Below are positions 30,527 through 39,444 of a DNA stretch of 64,000 nt, piece by piece (position 1 is the stretch's first letter; each line of letters opens with the position of its first letter). Below the pieces are notes generated by a model that made no database searches, was not told where the DNA came from, and was given only the letters and a program-made list of their open reading frames with translations. A program made the position numbers and the translations under genes. Origin of the DNA: Firmicutes bacterium CAG:321_26_22 (GTDB taxonomy: Bacteria; Bacillota_I; Bacilli_A; RF39; UBA660). The DNA lies in contig MNTB01000030.1 of assembly GCA_001916775.1 (NCBI GenBank), positions 33,962 to 97,961 of the forward strand, given 5' to 3'.

Positions 30527-31759
30527 TTAATAGTTATTTTTCTTTACTTTAGTTAAATTTATGCTCATAACTAAAAGGGATAAAGTTAAAATTATAGTAA
30601 CTATATTTAATACTACCGCACTTTGAGTTAAACCCGCTAGTAGGAGGAGAGTATAACCTGTAACTCTTCCAACATTTAATGTTACTTCTCTTATGGCATT
30701 AAATTCACATTGATTACTTTTATTTACTATTTTGCTATTAGATAAATTAAATATTTTAATTTTTCTAACTAGAGATAGTATTTCTGCAAATATTACATAA
30801 CTAAATTTATATATTATTACTGTAGTATTTGTTTTTAATATTAAAAATATTATTAAAGATATTACTGGTATTATACTTGATATTATTATTACTTTTTTAT
30901 CATCTCTTTTATTATAAATTAAACCATATATTTTTACTACTAATATTGATAATAATGTTGCTATGGAGGTTATTATTCCTAGATTGATATTTGTTTTAAA
31001 GGAATTTAATATTAAAATTACCATTACTGTTTCTAAAGCACCATTACAAATATTCATACCAATAAAGAATTCTCCTGCTAAGCAATTTATTACTTGTTTA
31101 TTCTTTTTGAGTTCTAGCCAAGCTTTTTTTAAATTGTACTCTTCTAAATCTCCATTATGATTATCAGTTATGAAAAAAGATAATATTATTTGGATAAGTG
31201 ATATAAATAATACTATAACTGCTGTTAATATATAATTGGTTATAGTTATTATACTACCGAAAATTATTGGAAATAGAATACCTACTACTGATATGGTTAT
31301 AAATAATTTTACCATGTAGTTTGTTCTTTCGGTATTTTTTACTTTATTTATAATGAATAAATTATATGGAAAATAATAACAACTTGCTGATATACCATAT
31401 AGTATTGATATGATTGGTAAATAATTTATTATTTTTTCTTTTAATAATATTATTATTAAAATACAAATAAAGTTTAATATTATTCCTATTCTAAATATTT
31501 TAATTCTATTTCTTTTTTCTGCTAGGACTGCTACTACTAACGTGCTTAATGCCATTGTTGCATATGTAAATATATAGTATATAGCTATATTTAATATACT
31601 ATTAGTAGATGGACTTATAAAGTACGCTGTTAAGAATGGGCCAAGAAATATGGTCATTATTTTTTTGATTGCATCCATTATTATTATTATATTTTGTTCA
31701 CTTTTTATTTTTTCTTCATTGTTATACCTCTTATTTAATATATATTTATATTGTATCAT
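30527..31759 (-). CDS. polytopic membrane transporter (MFS-like); likely start at the internal Met (MDAIKK)
   Basis: About 12 hydrophobic segments. Confidence 0.55.
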   Translation of the reverse strand: MIQYKYILNKRYNNEEKIKSEQNIIIIMDAIKKIMTIFLGPFLTAYFISPSTNSILNIAIYYIFTYATMALSTLVVAVLAEKRNRIKIFRIGIILNFICILIIILLKEKIINYLPIISILYGISASCYYFPYNLFIINKVKNTERTNYMVKLFITISVVGILFPIIFGSIITITNYILTAVIVLFISLIQIILSFFITDNHNGDLEEYNLKKAWLELKKNKQVINCLAGEFFIGMNICNGALETVMVILILNSFKTNINLGIITSIATLLSILVVKIYGLIYNKRDDKKVIIISSIIPVISLIIFLILKTNTTVIIYKFSYVIFAEILSLVRKIKIFNLSNSKIVNKSNQCEFNAIREVTLNVGRVTGYTLLLLAGLTQSAVVLNIVTIILTLSLLVMSINLTKVKKNNY

Positions 31760-31808
31760 ATATTTTGGTATAATTAAATGTTTATTTTTATATTATTTAA
31801 TAGGTGGT

Positions 31809-32510
31809 ATGATGTTATTTAATTTATTTAATCTTTTATTTGGTAACCTTACTTTTTTTAGTGGTGCTTACTCTAATAATGTTTTTCCTGATCCTTTATC
31901 TAAAGAAGAAGAGGAAAAATATATAGAAAGAATGATAAATGGAGATAAGGAGGCTAGAAGTAAACTTATTGAACATAATCTTAGACTAGTAGCACATATT
32001 GTTAAAAAATTTGAATCTACTTATAATGATGTTGATGATCTTATTGGGATAGGAACTGTTGGACTTATTAAGGGTATTGATAGTTTTTCTCCTAACAAGA
32101 ATGTAAGACTTACTACTTATATTGCTAAATGTGCAGAAAATGAAATTCTTATGCATTTTAGAGCAGATAAAAAGAATTCTAAGAATGTTAGTATTTATGA
32201 TGGTATTAGTTATGATAAGGAAGGAAATGAGGTTACAATACTTGATGTTTTAAAAACTGAAGATCCTGATTTTAATGAAGAAATATATAAAAATGATAAT
32301 ATTAAATTATTAAAAGAATATATGAATATTCTTTCTCCTAGGGAGAGGGATGTTCTTACTAAAAGGTATGGTCTTGATAATAACGATGAAATAACACAGA
32401 AGGAAATTGCTAAAAATTTGGGTATATCGAGAAGTTATGTTTCAAGAATTGAAAAAAGGGCAATAACAAAAATTTTAAGAGAATTTATTAAAAATGATAC
32501 TAAGAAATAG
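31809..32510 (+). CDS. sigK: RNA polymerase sporulation sigma factor pro-sigma-K (intact, no skin element)
   Basis: YSNNVFPDPLSKEEEEKYIERMINGDKEARSKLIEHNLRLVAHIVKKF...GISRSYVSRIEKRA aligns closely with B. subtilis SigK including the pro-sequence. RBS TAGGTGGT upstream. The ORF-track start at 31650 is an upstream extension. Confidence 0.9.
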   Translation: MMLFNLFNLLFGNLTFFSGAYSNNVFPDPLSKEEEEKYIERMINGDKEARSKLIEHNLRLVAHIVKKFESTYNDVDDLIGIGTVGLIKGIDSFSPNKNVRLTTYIAKCAENEILMHFRADKKNSKNVSIYDGISYDKEGNEVTILDVLKTEDPDFNEEIYKNDNIKLLKEYMNILSPRERDVLTKRYGLDNNDEITQKEIAKNLGISRSYVSRIEKRAITKILREFIKNDTKK

Positions 32511-32586
32511 TAAAATCATAAATAATTGTTGACTAAAAGGCAATTTTATGGTAAAGTTAATTACGAACTGATGAGGAGGGAATACG

Positions 32587-32766
32587 ATGAAGAAAGTAAC
32601 AACTAAAAAAACTAGATCTGTAAATAATAGACCTAACTGTTTAAAAATAACTAAAGGTACTCAAAAAGTTAACTTTACTACTGTTACTGACAAAGATGGT
32701 AACAAAATTAAGACTAGTGTTAGAGAAGCTAGAACTATGAAGAAGAATAATAAGAAAGATGCTTAA
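32587..32766 (+). CDS. rpmB: small basic protein (59 aa), possibly a divergent ribosomal protein L28 (bL28)
   Basis: RBS GAGGAGGG and a terminator at 32768-32797. TTKKTRSVNNRPN resembles the L28 TGKKTRAGNNRSH motif. Synteny matches (rpmB lies opposite the rpe operon in Bacilli). Confidence 0.4.
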   Translation: MKKVTTKKTRSVNNRPNCLKITKGTQKVNFTTVTDKDGNKIKTSVREARTMKKNNKKDA

Positions 32767-32767
32767 T

Positions 32768-32797
32768 GAAATGGATTTATATCCATTTTTTTATTTA
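32768..32797 (+). terminator. rho-independent terminator (aatggat-tta-tatccatt + T7)
   Basis: Hairpin followed by a T-run after the 59-aa ORF. Confidence 0.6.
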
Positions 32798-32845
32798 TCC
32801 ACAGAAGTTGTTGATAAATAAAAAGAAGACTAGTTACTAGTCATT

Positions 32846-33433
32846 CTATTTAAAATACTCATCAAATATACTTTCATTATATTCTTCTATTGAATAGTAA
32901 TAGAAGGCACCTGCTTGATTTTTATATTCTGTATTTCTTTCTTCATAGTTACTATTATTAAAAATATTTTTTATTTCTTCATCAGCAGAATCTAATACTA
33001 TTGAACCTGCAAATACTTCAAAAGTATAATTTTGATTATTTATTTGATAAGATACAGTTAAGTGATCTCTATCTTGTCCACCCCTTCCTAGACTATATGT
33101 TTTTACTAATTTATTTGTACTTATTTTATCTAGTATTTGTTTAAGTTCTTCTTTAGATAAAGTTACTTCTTTATCTATATCTTGAGAGTCTCCTAACTGA
33201 GTATTTCTTTTTCTAGATAATTTTATTTCTGATATATTATAAGATAATAATTTTTCAGCCCAGTTTACTTCAGTATTATTATTTTCTATTACATCATTTT
33301 TATTGTCTAATTTGTCATTTTTATTATTTACATTTACTTTACCAGTTAATACTAATGTAAGAATTATTAATAATAAAATTATAATTATTGTTAGCATTAT
33401 GATTATAACATTTTTACTTTTATCTTCTTTCAT
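32846..33433 (-). CDS. membrane-anchored hypothetical protein (195 aa)
   Basis: N-terminal TM helix, then a soluble domain. Confidence 0.5.
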   Translation of the reverse strand: MKEDKSKNVIIIMLTIIIILLLIILTLVLTGKVNVNNKNDKLDNKNDVIENNNTEVNWAEKLLSYNISEIKLSRKRNTQLGDSQDIDKEVTLSKEELKQILDKISTNKLVKTYSLGRGGQDRDHLTVSYQINNQNYTFEVFAGSIVLDSADEEIKNIFNNSNYEERNTEYKNQAGAFYYYSIEEYNESIFDEYFK

Positions 33434-33525
33434 TTGCTTTTATTCATCTCCTTACTTTCTTTTATTTTATTATATCATATTATAATTATAATTACCAGTG
33501 TTTATAAAAAAAATATGACTATTTT

Positions 33526-33648
33526 CTAGTCATACTTTTCTTTATCTTTTGGCATTTCTTTTAATAGTTTGTTATAGTATTCTTTACCTAGTCGATATTC
33601 TTCCTCAATTATTTCTTTACTTGGTTCCTTTTTATTTTCATTATTCAT
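33526..33648 (-). CDS. small ORF (40 aa, MNNENKKEPSKEIIEEEYRLGKEYYNKLLKEMPKDKEKYD) with an AAGGAG RBS
   Basis: Found by manual translation, located between rpe and the downstream membrane protein. Confidence 0.3.
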   Translation of the reverse strand: MNNENKKEPSKEIIEEEYRLGKEYYNKLLKEMPKDKEKYD

Positions 33649-33693
33649 ATTAAAAGCTCCTTTCTTTATTTATTATAAAGAGAGGAGCTATAT

Positions 33694-34317
33694 TTATACT
33701 AGTGTTTTTACTTTTTCTATCATGTTATCACTAGTAGTTATGTATGAACCTACTACTGCTATGTCAGCAGTATTTACTAAGTTTATGGTTTTATCATTGA
33801 TACCACCATCTACTTCTAATAAAATATTTTTATCTTTTATTAAGTTCTTTATTTCTTTTATTCTATTTGGACTGTTTTCTAGGAATGGTTGGCCACCTTG
33901 ACCTGGTTCGACAGTCATTATTAATATTAAATCGATATTATCTAAATATGGTATTAACTTATTTATGTCAGTATTTGGCTTAATCGATATTCCTCTTTTA
34001 AAACCATATTCTTTTATTTTGTTTAATATATTTTGAATATTCTCTTCTATTTCTAAATGAATTGTTATATATTCAATATTTTTTAAGTCTTTTATTTGTT
34101 CGATATATGATAGAGGTCTACTATGCATTAGGTGGATATCTAGTTTTTTTTCTGATACTTTAGATAGTTCTAATGTTTCTTTTGCTGGTATAGATATTTG
34201 TTTAACAAAATTACCATCCATTACATCGACATGAAAATATGATATATCAGTGTTATTTAATATTTTTATTGTTTCTTTTTTATCTTTGGCATTTAGTATC
34301 GATACTGATATTTTCAT
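33694..34317 (-). CDS. rpe: ribulose-phosphate 3-epimerase
   Basis: HVDVMDG..., HLMHS and MTVEPGQGGQPF motifs. Confidence 0.9.
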   Translation of the reverse strand: MKISVSILNAKDKKETIKILNNTDISYFHVDVMDGNFVKQISIPAKETLELSKVSEKKLDIHLMHSRPLSYIEQIKDLKNIEYITIHLEIEENIQNILNKIKEYGFKRGISIKPNTDINKLIPYLDNIDLILIMTVEPGQGGQPFLENSPNRIKEIKNLIKDKNILLEVDGGINDKTINLVNTADIAVVGSYITTSDNMIEKVKTLV

Positions 34318-35150
34318 TTTTGACCTCCTATAAATGATTTATAATTGTTATATCTAGATAATAATATTTTATTTTGTTCTACTAGTTTCTTTACTTCACA
34401 GTCATCTTCTTTGATATGCATACAATCTTTATACTTACAATTATGTAAGTTATCAAACATATCTTTCATATTATCACGGATATCTATTTTAGTCATTCCA
34501 CGGAAATCTACTGATGAGAAACCAGGGGTGTCTGCGACTAAAGATGAATCTATATCATATAAAGTTGTACATCTTGTTGTATGTTTTCCACGACCTAGAG
34601 CCTTGGATATTTCATTTGTTTCTAGATTTAGATTTTTATCTAGTTTATTTAATAGAGATGATTTGCCTGCTCCTGATTGACCAGCAAAGACTACTATTTT
34701 ACCTGTAATTAGTTTTTTTATTTCTTTGATATCATTATTTGTTACTACTATGTAACCAATACTTTGATAGTAGTTAAATATCTCTTTAATATTCTTTTCT
34801 TCCTCTTCATTTAGTAAGTCTGTCTTTGTTAAGCATATTATTGGTTCTATATTATTATAAGATATTATTGTTAGTAGTTTATCTAACAAGTTGCTATCAA
34901 AGTTAGGCTCTTTTACTGATGTTACAATTAATGCTATATCAACATTAGCTATTTGAGGTCTTATTAGGGAGTTTTTTCTAGGTTTTATTTCTAGTAAGTA
35001 ATTATTTATATCATCTATTATTACTTTATCTCCTACTAAAGGAGTTATTTTATCTAGTCTAAACTTTCCTCTTGGCTTACAGATATTTATCCCCTTATTT
35101 GTTCTTACTGTATAATTATTACTTTCGTTTTTGATTATTATACCTTCCAT
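34314..35150 (-). CDS. rsgA: ribosome small-subunit-dependent GTPase RsgA (CpgA)
   Basis: Circularly permuted GTPase (VFAGQSGAGKSSLLN; TKTDL) and a C-terminal zinc-finger Cys/His cluster. Confidence 0.85.
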   Translation of the reverse strand: MEGIIIKNESNNYTVRTNKGINICKPRGKFRLDKITPLVGDKVIIDDINNYLLEIKPRKNSLIRPQIANVDIALIVTSVKEPNFDSNLLDKLLTIISYNNIEPIICLTKTDLLNEEEEKNIKEIFNYYQSIGYIVVTNNDIKEIKKLITGKIVVFAGQSGAGKSSLLNKLDKNLNLETNEISKALGRGKHTTRCTTLYDIDSSLVADTPGFSSVDFRGMTKIDIRDNMKDMFDNLHNCKYKDCMHIKEDDCEVKKLVEQNKILLSRYNNYKSFIGGQK

Positions 35151-35159
35151 ATTTTATTC

Positions 35160-36935
35160 CTATTCTGTTTTTTTATCTTTTTTATCATCTTTTGGCATTA
35201 ATGAATCTGTTGGTTCTGTTTTATCTTCTGGTTTCTTTGATATAGTTATTTTTAAAGTATAACCATTATAAATTGGATCTCCAGGATCTCTGCCTTGTGA
35301 TAATACGATATTTTCTTCTACATCTGTTGTTTCTTTATATGTTATATCTAACGTTAAATTATTTTCTTTAGCAAAATCTTGTACCTTTGATAAAGTCCAT
35401 TTTTCTTTAACCATATCTGGATATACATCTACTTCTGGTATGTATAGTATTACTGAATCATTAGCATATAATTTTGTTTCTTTTTCTTTATCAAGTTTTG
35501 GCTCTTGATCTATTATTTGTTCTTCTTTGTCTTTATAATCAGATGTATTTTCTACTTCTTTGGTTTTCATTTCTACTTTGATACCTTTTAATTCTAGTTT
35601 TGCTTTTATTTCATAATAATTTTTACCAGTATAGTCTTCTAGTAATAGGTATTCTTTACCAGAAGATTCTACTATTGTGATAGTACTTCCTTTGGTTTTT
35701 GTTGAACCAGCTTTTGGTTCTGTTCTTATTACCTTTCCTTCTTCAATATCAGCATTTTCTTCATCTTTTGTAGTATATTTTAAACCTTGTTTTTCTACTT
35801 TCTTTATGGCTTCTTCTAAGGTAAGACCTGTTACATCTGGTACTTTTACTTCTTTAACATCATGATTACTTATTAGTAGATATACTACTGCTAATACTAT
35901 TAGGAAGGCTAATAATATACCTGCCAATATAATTGGTAGTTTATTTTTTTCGTCTTTTTCTTTTAGTATTGAATCATCTGTTTCAGTAGTTTCTTCTTTA
36001 TCAAGAGGTTTATCTACGACGGGCTTCTTTGGCTCTTTTGGTATAGGAGCTATTACTTTGGTTTCCTCTAAATCATTTTCAGGATATTCATATACTATTC
36101 TTTTTTCGTTATCTCTTTCTAAAGCAGTTTGTAAATCATTATACATTTCTCTTGCAGAGTCATATCTATTTTTTGGATTTTTAGCAGTTGCTTTTAGAAT
36201 TATATTTTCTACTGATTGTGGTATTGTTGGGTTTTGCTTTCTAACACTAGGAATTTTTTCTTTCATGTGTTTTAAGGCTATTTCAACAGCAGTGTCTCCT
36301 TTGAATGGTACGGAACCGGTTAATAACTCATACATTAATATTCCTAATGAATATATATCACTTTTTACTGTTGATCCCTTACCGTTAGCCTGCTCCGGTG
36401 GTAGATAGTGGACTGAACCCATTACTGAGTTTGTTTGAGTTAATTGGGTTGAATTTAAAGCCATTGCTATTCCGAAGTCGGTTATTTTGATACGACCATT
36501 ATCTTCAATCATTATATTTTGTGGTTTTATATCTCTATGAATTATATAAGCTTCATGAGCGTGAGCTAAACCATCTGTTAACTGACTCATTATATCTATT
36601 ACTTCTGTTAGGGTTAAGGCTCCTCTTTTTTGAAGTAATTGTTTTAATGTCTTTCCTTCGATATATTCCATTACAATATAATAGTTTCCATCTTCTTCTC
36701 CAACATCATATACTTCAACGATATTTGGATGTGATAGGTTTGATACTGATAAGGCTTCTCTTTTGAAACGGCGAATAAATTTTTCATCGTTTGAAAGATC
36801 ACCTCTTAAAACTTTTATAGCTACTTTTCTTTCAAGAATGGTATCTTCTGCTAGATAGACATTGGCCATTCCTCCTTCACCGATGGTTTTTATTATTTCA
36901 TAACGATCATTTATTTTTTGACCTTTAGTTAGCAT
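35160..36935 (-). CDS. prkC: Ser/Thr protein kinase PrkC (kinase + TM + PASTA repeats)
   Basis: HRDIKPQN, DFG and GSVHYLPPE motifs. Extracellular PASTA-like repeats. Confidence 0.85.
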   Translation of the reverse strand: MLTKGQKINDRYEIIKTIGEGGMANVYLAEDTILERKVAIKVLRGDLSNDEKFIRRFKREALSVSNLSHPNIVEVYDVGEEDGNYYIVMEYIEGKTLKQLLQKRGALTLTEVIDIMSQLTDGLAHAHEAYIIHRDIKPQNIMIEDNGRIKITDFGIAMALNSTQLTQTNSVMGSVHYLPPEQANGKGSTVKSDIYSLGILMYELLTGSVPFKGDTAVEIALKHMKEKIPSVRKQNPTIPQSVENIILKATAKNPKNRYDSAREMYNDLQTALERDNEKRIVYEYPENDLEETKVIAPIPKEPKKPVVDKPLDKEETTETDDSILKEKDEKNKLPIILAGILLAFLIVLAVVYLLISNHDVKEVKVPDVTGLTLEEAIKKVEKQGLKYTTKDEENADIEEGKVIRTEPKAGSTKTKGSTITIVESSGKEYLLLEDYTGKNYYEIKAKLELKGIKVEMKTKEVENTSDYKDKEEQIIDQEPKLDKEKETKLYANDSVILYIPEVDVYPDMVKEKWTLSKVQDFAKENNLTLDITYKETTDVEENIVLSQGRDPGDPIYNGYTLKITISKKPEDKTEPTDSLMPKDDKKDKKTE

Positions 36936-37675
36936 TACTTATCACCACTTTCCTTCTTCAGATAAGCTATTGATATGTTATCTGTTCCGCCTCTTATATT
37001 ACTCTTTTTTATTAATTTTTCTACTTGTTCTTCGATTGAAGATTTACTATTTAATACTTTTTCTATTTGTTCATCTGTTACCATATTAGTTAATCCATCA
37101 CTACATAGGAATAAACCGTTTATGGTATTATCGATATCGAAGATATCTATTTCGATTGGATCATTAGCTCCTAGTGCTCTTGTAAGCAAGTTCTTTCTTG
37201 GATGAAACTTGGCTTGTTCAGGAGTTAGTTCTCCGGTTGAGACTAATAAATTTACTAGGGTATGATCTTTGGTTACTTTATGTAATTTTTCATTTTTTAC
37301 TACATATCCTGATGAATCTCCTATATTTCCATAAAGGATATAGTCATCTGTTTTGATGGCTATTACTAGAGTTGTTCCCATTCCTTTACTTTCTGGATGA
37401 ATAGAGGTATATTCAAATATTTTTTCATTTATTTCTTTTACTATTTTTCTTAACCAATCTATTCCTTCTTCTTTTTTCCCTATTGTTTCCATACTTTCGA
37501 AACTTTGAACAATATGTTCTATTGCTATATTTGAAGCTATTTCTCCAGCTTTATGTCCACCCATTCCATCTGCTACTGCGAGAATGAATTCATTATTTTT
37601 ATTGCCAACTATTATTACACTATCTTCATTATGTGTTCTTACTTTTCCGGCATCTGTCATATAAAATGTTTGCAT
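36935..37675 (-). CDS. stp: PP2C-family Ser/Thr phosphatase (Stp/PrpC)
   Basis: AVADGMGGH, GMGTT and CSDGL motifs. Confidence 0.85.
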   Translation of the reverse strand: MQTFYMTDAGKVRTHNEDSVIIVGNKNNEFILAVADGMGGHKAGEIASNIAIEHIVQSFESMETIGKKEEGIDWLRKIVKEINEKIFEYTSIHPESKGMGTTLVIAIKTDDYILYGNIGDSSGYVVKNEKLHKVTKDHTLVNLLVSTGELTPEQAKFHPRKNLLTRALGANDPIEIDIFDIDNTINGLFLCSDGLTNMVTDEQIEKVLNSKSSIEEQVEKLIKKSNIRGGTDNISIAYLKKESGDK

Positions 37676-37689
37676 TATTTCACTTCCTC

Positions 37690-38703
37690 TTAATTATTGG
37701 CTCTTAGTTGACCACATGCGGCATCAACTGAACCTCCAAATTCTTTTCTTATTGTTACATTTATCTTATTTTTCTTTAGTATATCATAAAACTTCATAAT
37801 TTTCCACTCTTTTGTTCGTTTAAATTCAATATTTTCTGTTTCATTATATGGTATTAGGTTAACATAGCAATTTATTCCTTTTAATAATATGGCTAATTCT
37901 TTAGCATTTTCTTCGCTATCATTTACATTATCAAGCATTATATATTCAAAGGTTACTCTACGATTTGTCTTATTTATATATTCTTTTATTGTTTCCATTA
38001 ATTCATTTAAAGGATATGCTTTATTGATAGGCATTATTCTACTTCTAAGGGTGTCATTAGGAGCATGTAAGCTTATGGCTAGGTTTACTTGGCCTTCTTC
38101 ATTCATAAACTTCTTTATACCAGGGATTACTCCACATGTTGATATGGTTATATGTCTTGAACCGATATCGATTCCTTTACCACAGTTTATTATTTTTACA
38201 AATCTTAAAACATTATCATAGTTATCAAATGGTTCTCCTATTCCCATTAATACTACATGAGTTATTCTTTTATTTATGTCTTCTTCTATTTGAAGTATTT
38301 GCTGTACTATTTCATAAGCTAATAGATTTCTTACTTTTTTTAATCTTCCGCTTTCACAAAAAGCACACGTCATATTACAACCTACTTGAGATGATACGCA
38401 GATACTTGTTCCGTAATCGTGAAACATTAATACGGATTCTATCTTGTTTCCATCTTCTAATTCAAATAAATATTTATTGACATTCTTGCCTTGCTGTTTT
38501 ATTAACATTTTTATTTTATAGAAAGAGAAATCTTGTTTTAGTTTTTCTCTTACTTCTTTACTTATATTGGTCATATCATCAAATGATGTTATTCTTCTTT
38601 TATATAGGGCTTCATATACTTGAACTGCTCTAAATTTTTTTTCATTTATTGATATGAAATAGTCTTCTAATTCTTTTATTGTTAAATCATATATATTTCT
38701 CAT
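37690..38703 (-). CDS. rlmN: 23S rRNA m2A2503 methyltransferase RlmN (radical SAM)
   Basis: CNMTCAFCESG radical-SAM cluster, MGIGEP, and GQL near the C-terminus. Confidence 0.85.
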   Translation of the reverse strand: MRNIYDLTIKELEDYFISINEKKFRAVQVYEALYKRRITSFDDMTNISKEVREKLKQDFSFYKIKMLIKQQGKNVNKYLFELEDGNKIESVLMFHDYGTSICVSSQVGCNMTCAFCESGRLKKVRNLLAYEIVQQILQIEEDINKRITHVVLMGIGEPFDNYDNVLRFVKIINCGKGIDIGSRHITISTCGVIPGIKKFMNEEGQVNLAISLHAPNDTLRSRIMPINKAYPLNELMETIKEYINKTNRRVTFEYIMLDNVNDSEENAKELAILLKGINCYVNLIPYNETENIEFKRTKEWKIMKFYDILKKNKINVTIRKEFGGSVDAACGQLRANN

Positions 38704-38768
38704 TTTTTCACTTCTAACTTTCCATTATTATTATACCAAAAAAAATATGTTATTAAAACATATTTTGA

Positions 38769-39308
38769 TTATTTTTTTTTATGTTCATGATGAGAATGTC
38801 CTCTTATTCCATATCTTTTGGTTATTGGATCTTTGAATAAGAAGTTTTTTATTGGTAATAATGTTAATACCATATAGGAACCGAATATTATAAATAATAC
38901 TATTACTGATATGTATGTATAGAAGAAATGTAATGATTCCATATTTATTATATAGTAAAATACTAGATTACTTATAATAATAGTTAAATAGAATATTGTG
39001 ATATCTATTGGTAATATGGCTTTTTTGGTTATTAATTGATAGGCATAAAATAGTAATGGTATTAGTACTATTATTACTAATATACTTAAGGCTTTGGCTT
39101 CAAAGTAATTGGGATTAAGGCCATATACTGCTCCATCATATAATGTCCATATAAAGGTTGGTGTTAAGGCTATTTTGATATGTTCCCAAGTACTTTCATT
39201 AACTGCGGCAAAAAGGGATACTACTTTATTATGTCCTGACCATTCATACATGAAATGTAAAAGTGTTCCTATTACCGATATAAAAATTATGGCTATTACT
39301 ATATTCAT
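38769..39308 (-). CDS. polytopic membrane protein with a His-rich C-terminus (GHSHHEHKKK)
   Basis: Five to six TM segments. Confidence 0.5.
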   Translation of the reverse strand: MNIVIAIIFISVIGTLLHFMYEWSGHNKVVSLFAAVNESTWEHIKIALTPTFIWTLYDGAVYGLNPNYFEAKALSILVIIVLIPLLFYAYQLITKKAILPIDITIFYLTIIISNLVFYYIINMESLHFFYTYISVIVLFIIFGSYMVLTLLPIKNFLFKDPITKRYGIRGHSHHEHKKK

Positions 39309-39444
39309 ATATCCTCCTATTTATAATATAATTATATATTATTTTTTTATTTATTACAACTAGTTATTTTAATGAAATCACAACAATTAAAAAATGAGTA
39401 ATTCCTTATGATATATGGTTTTACTCATTTTTGATGTCAAATAG

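Noticed and set aside
31650-31808. Long hydrophobic N-terminal extension of the sigK ORF in the ORF track; also whether sigK is interrupted by a skin element
   Set aside because: Alignment to SigK starts at the Met at 31809, which has a good RBS. The coding sequence is continuous through region 4, so there is no interruption.
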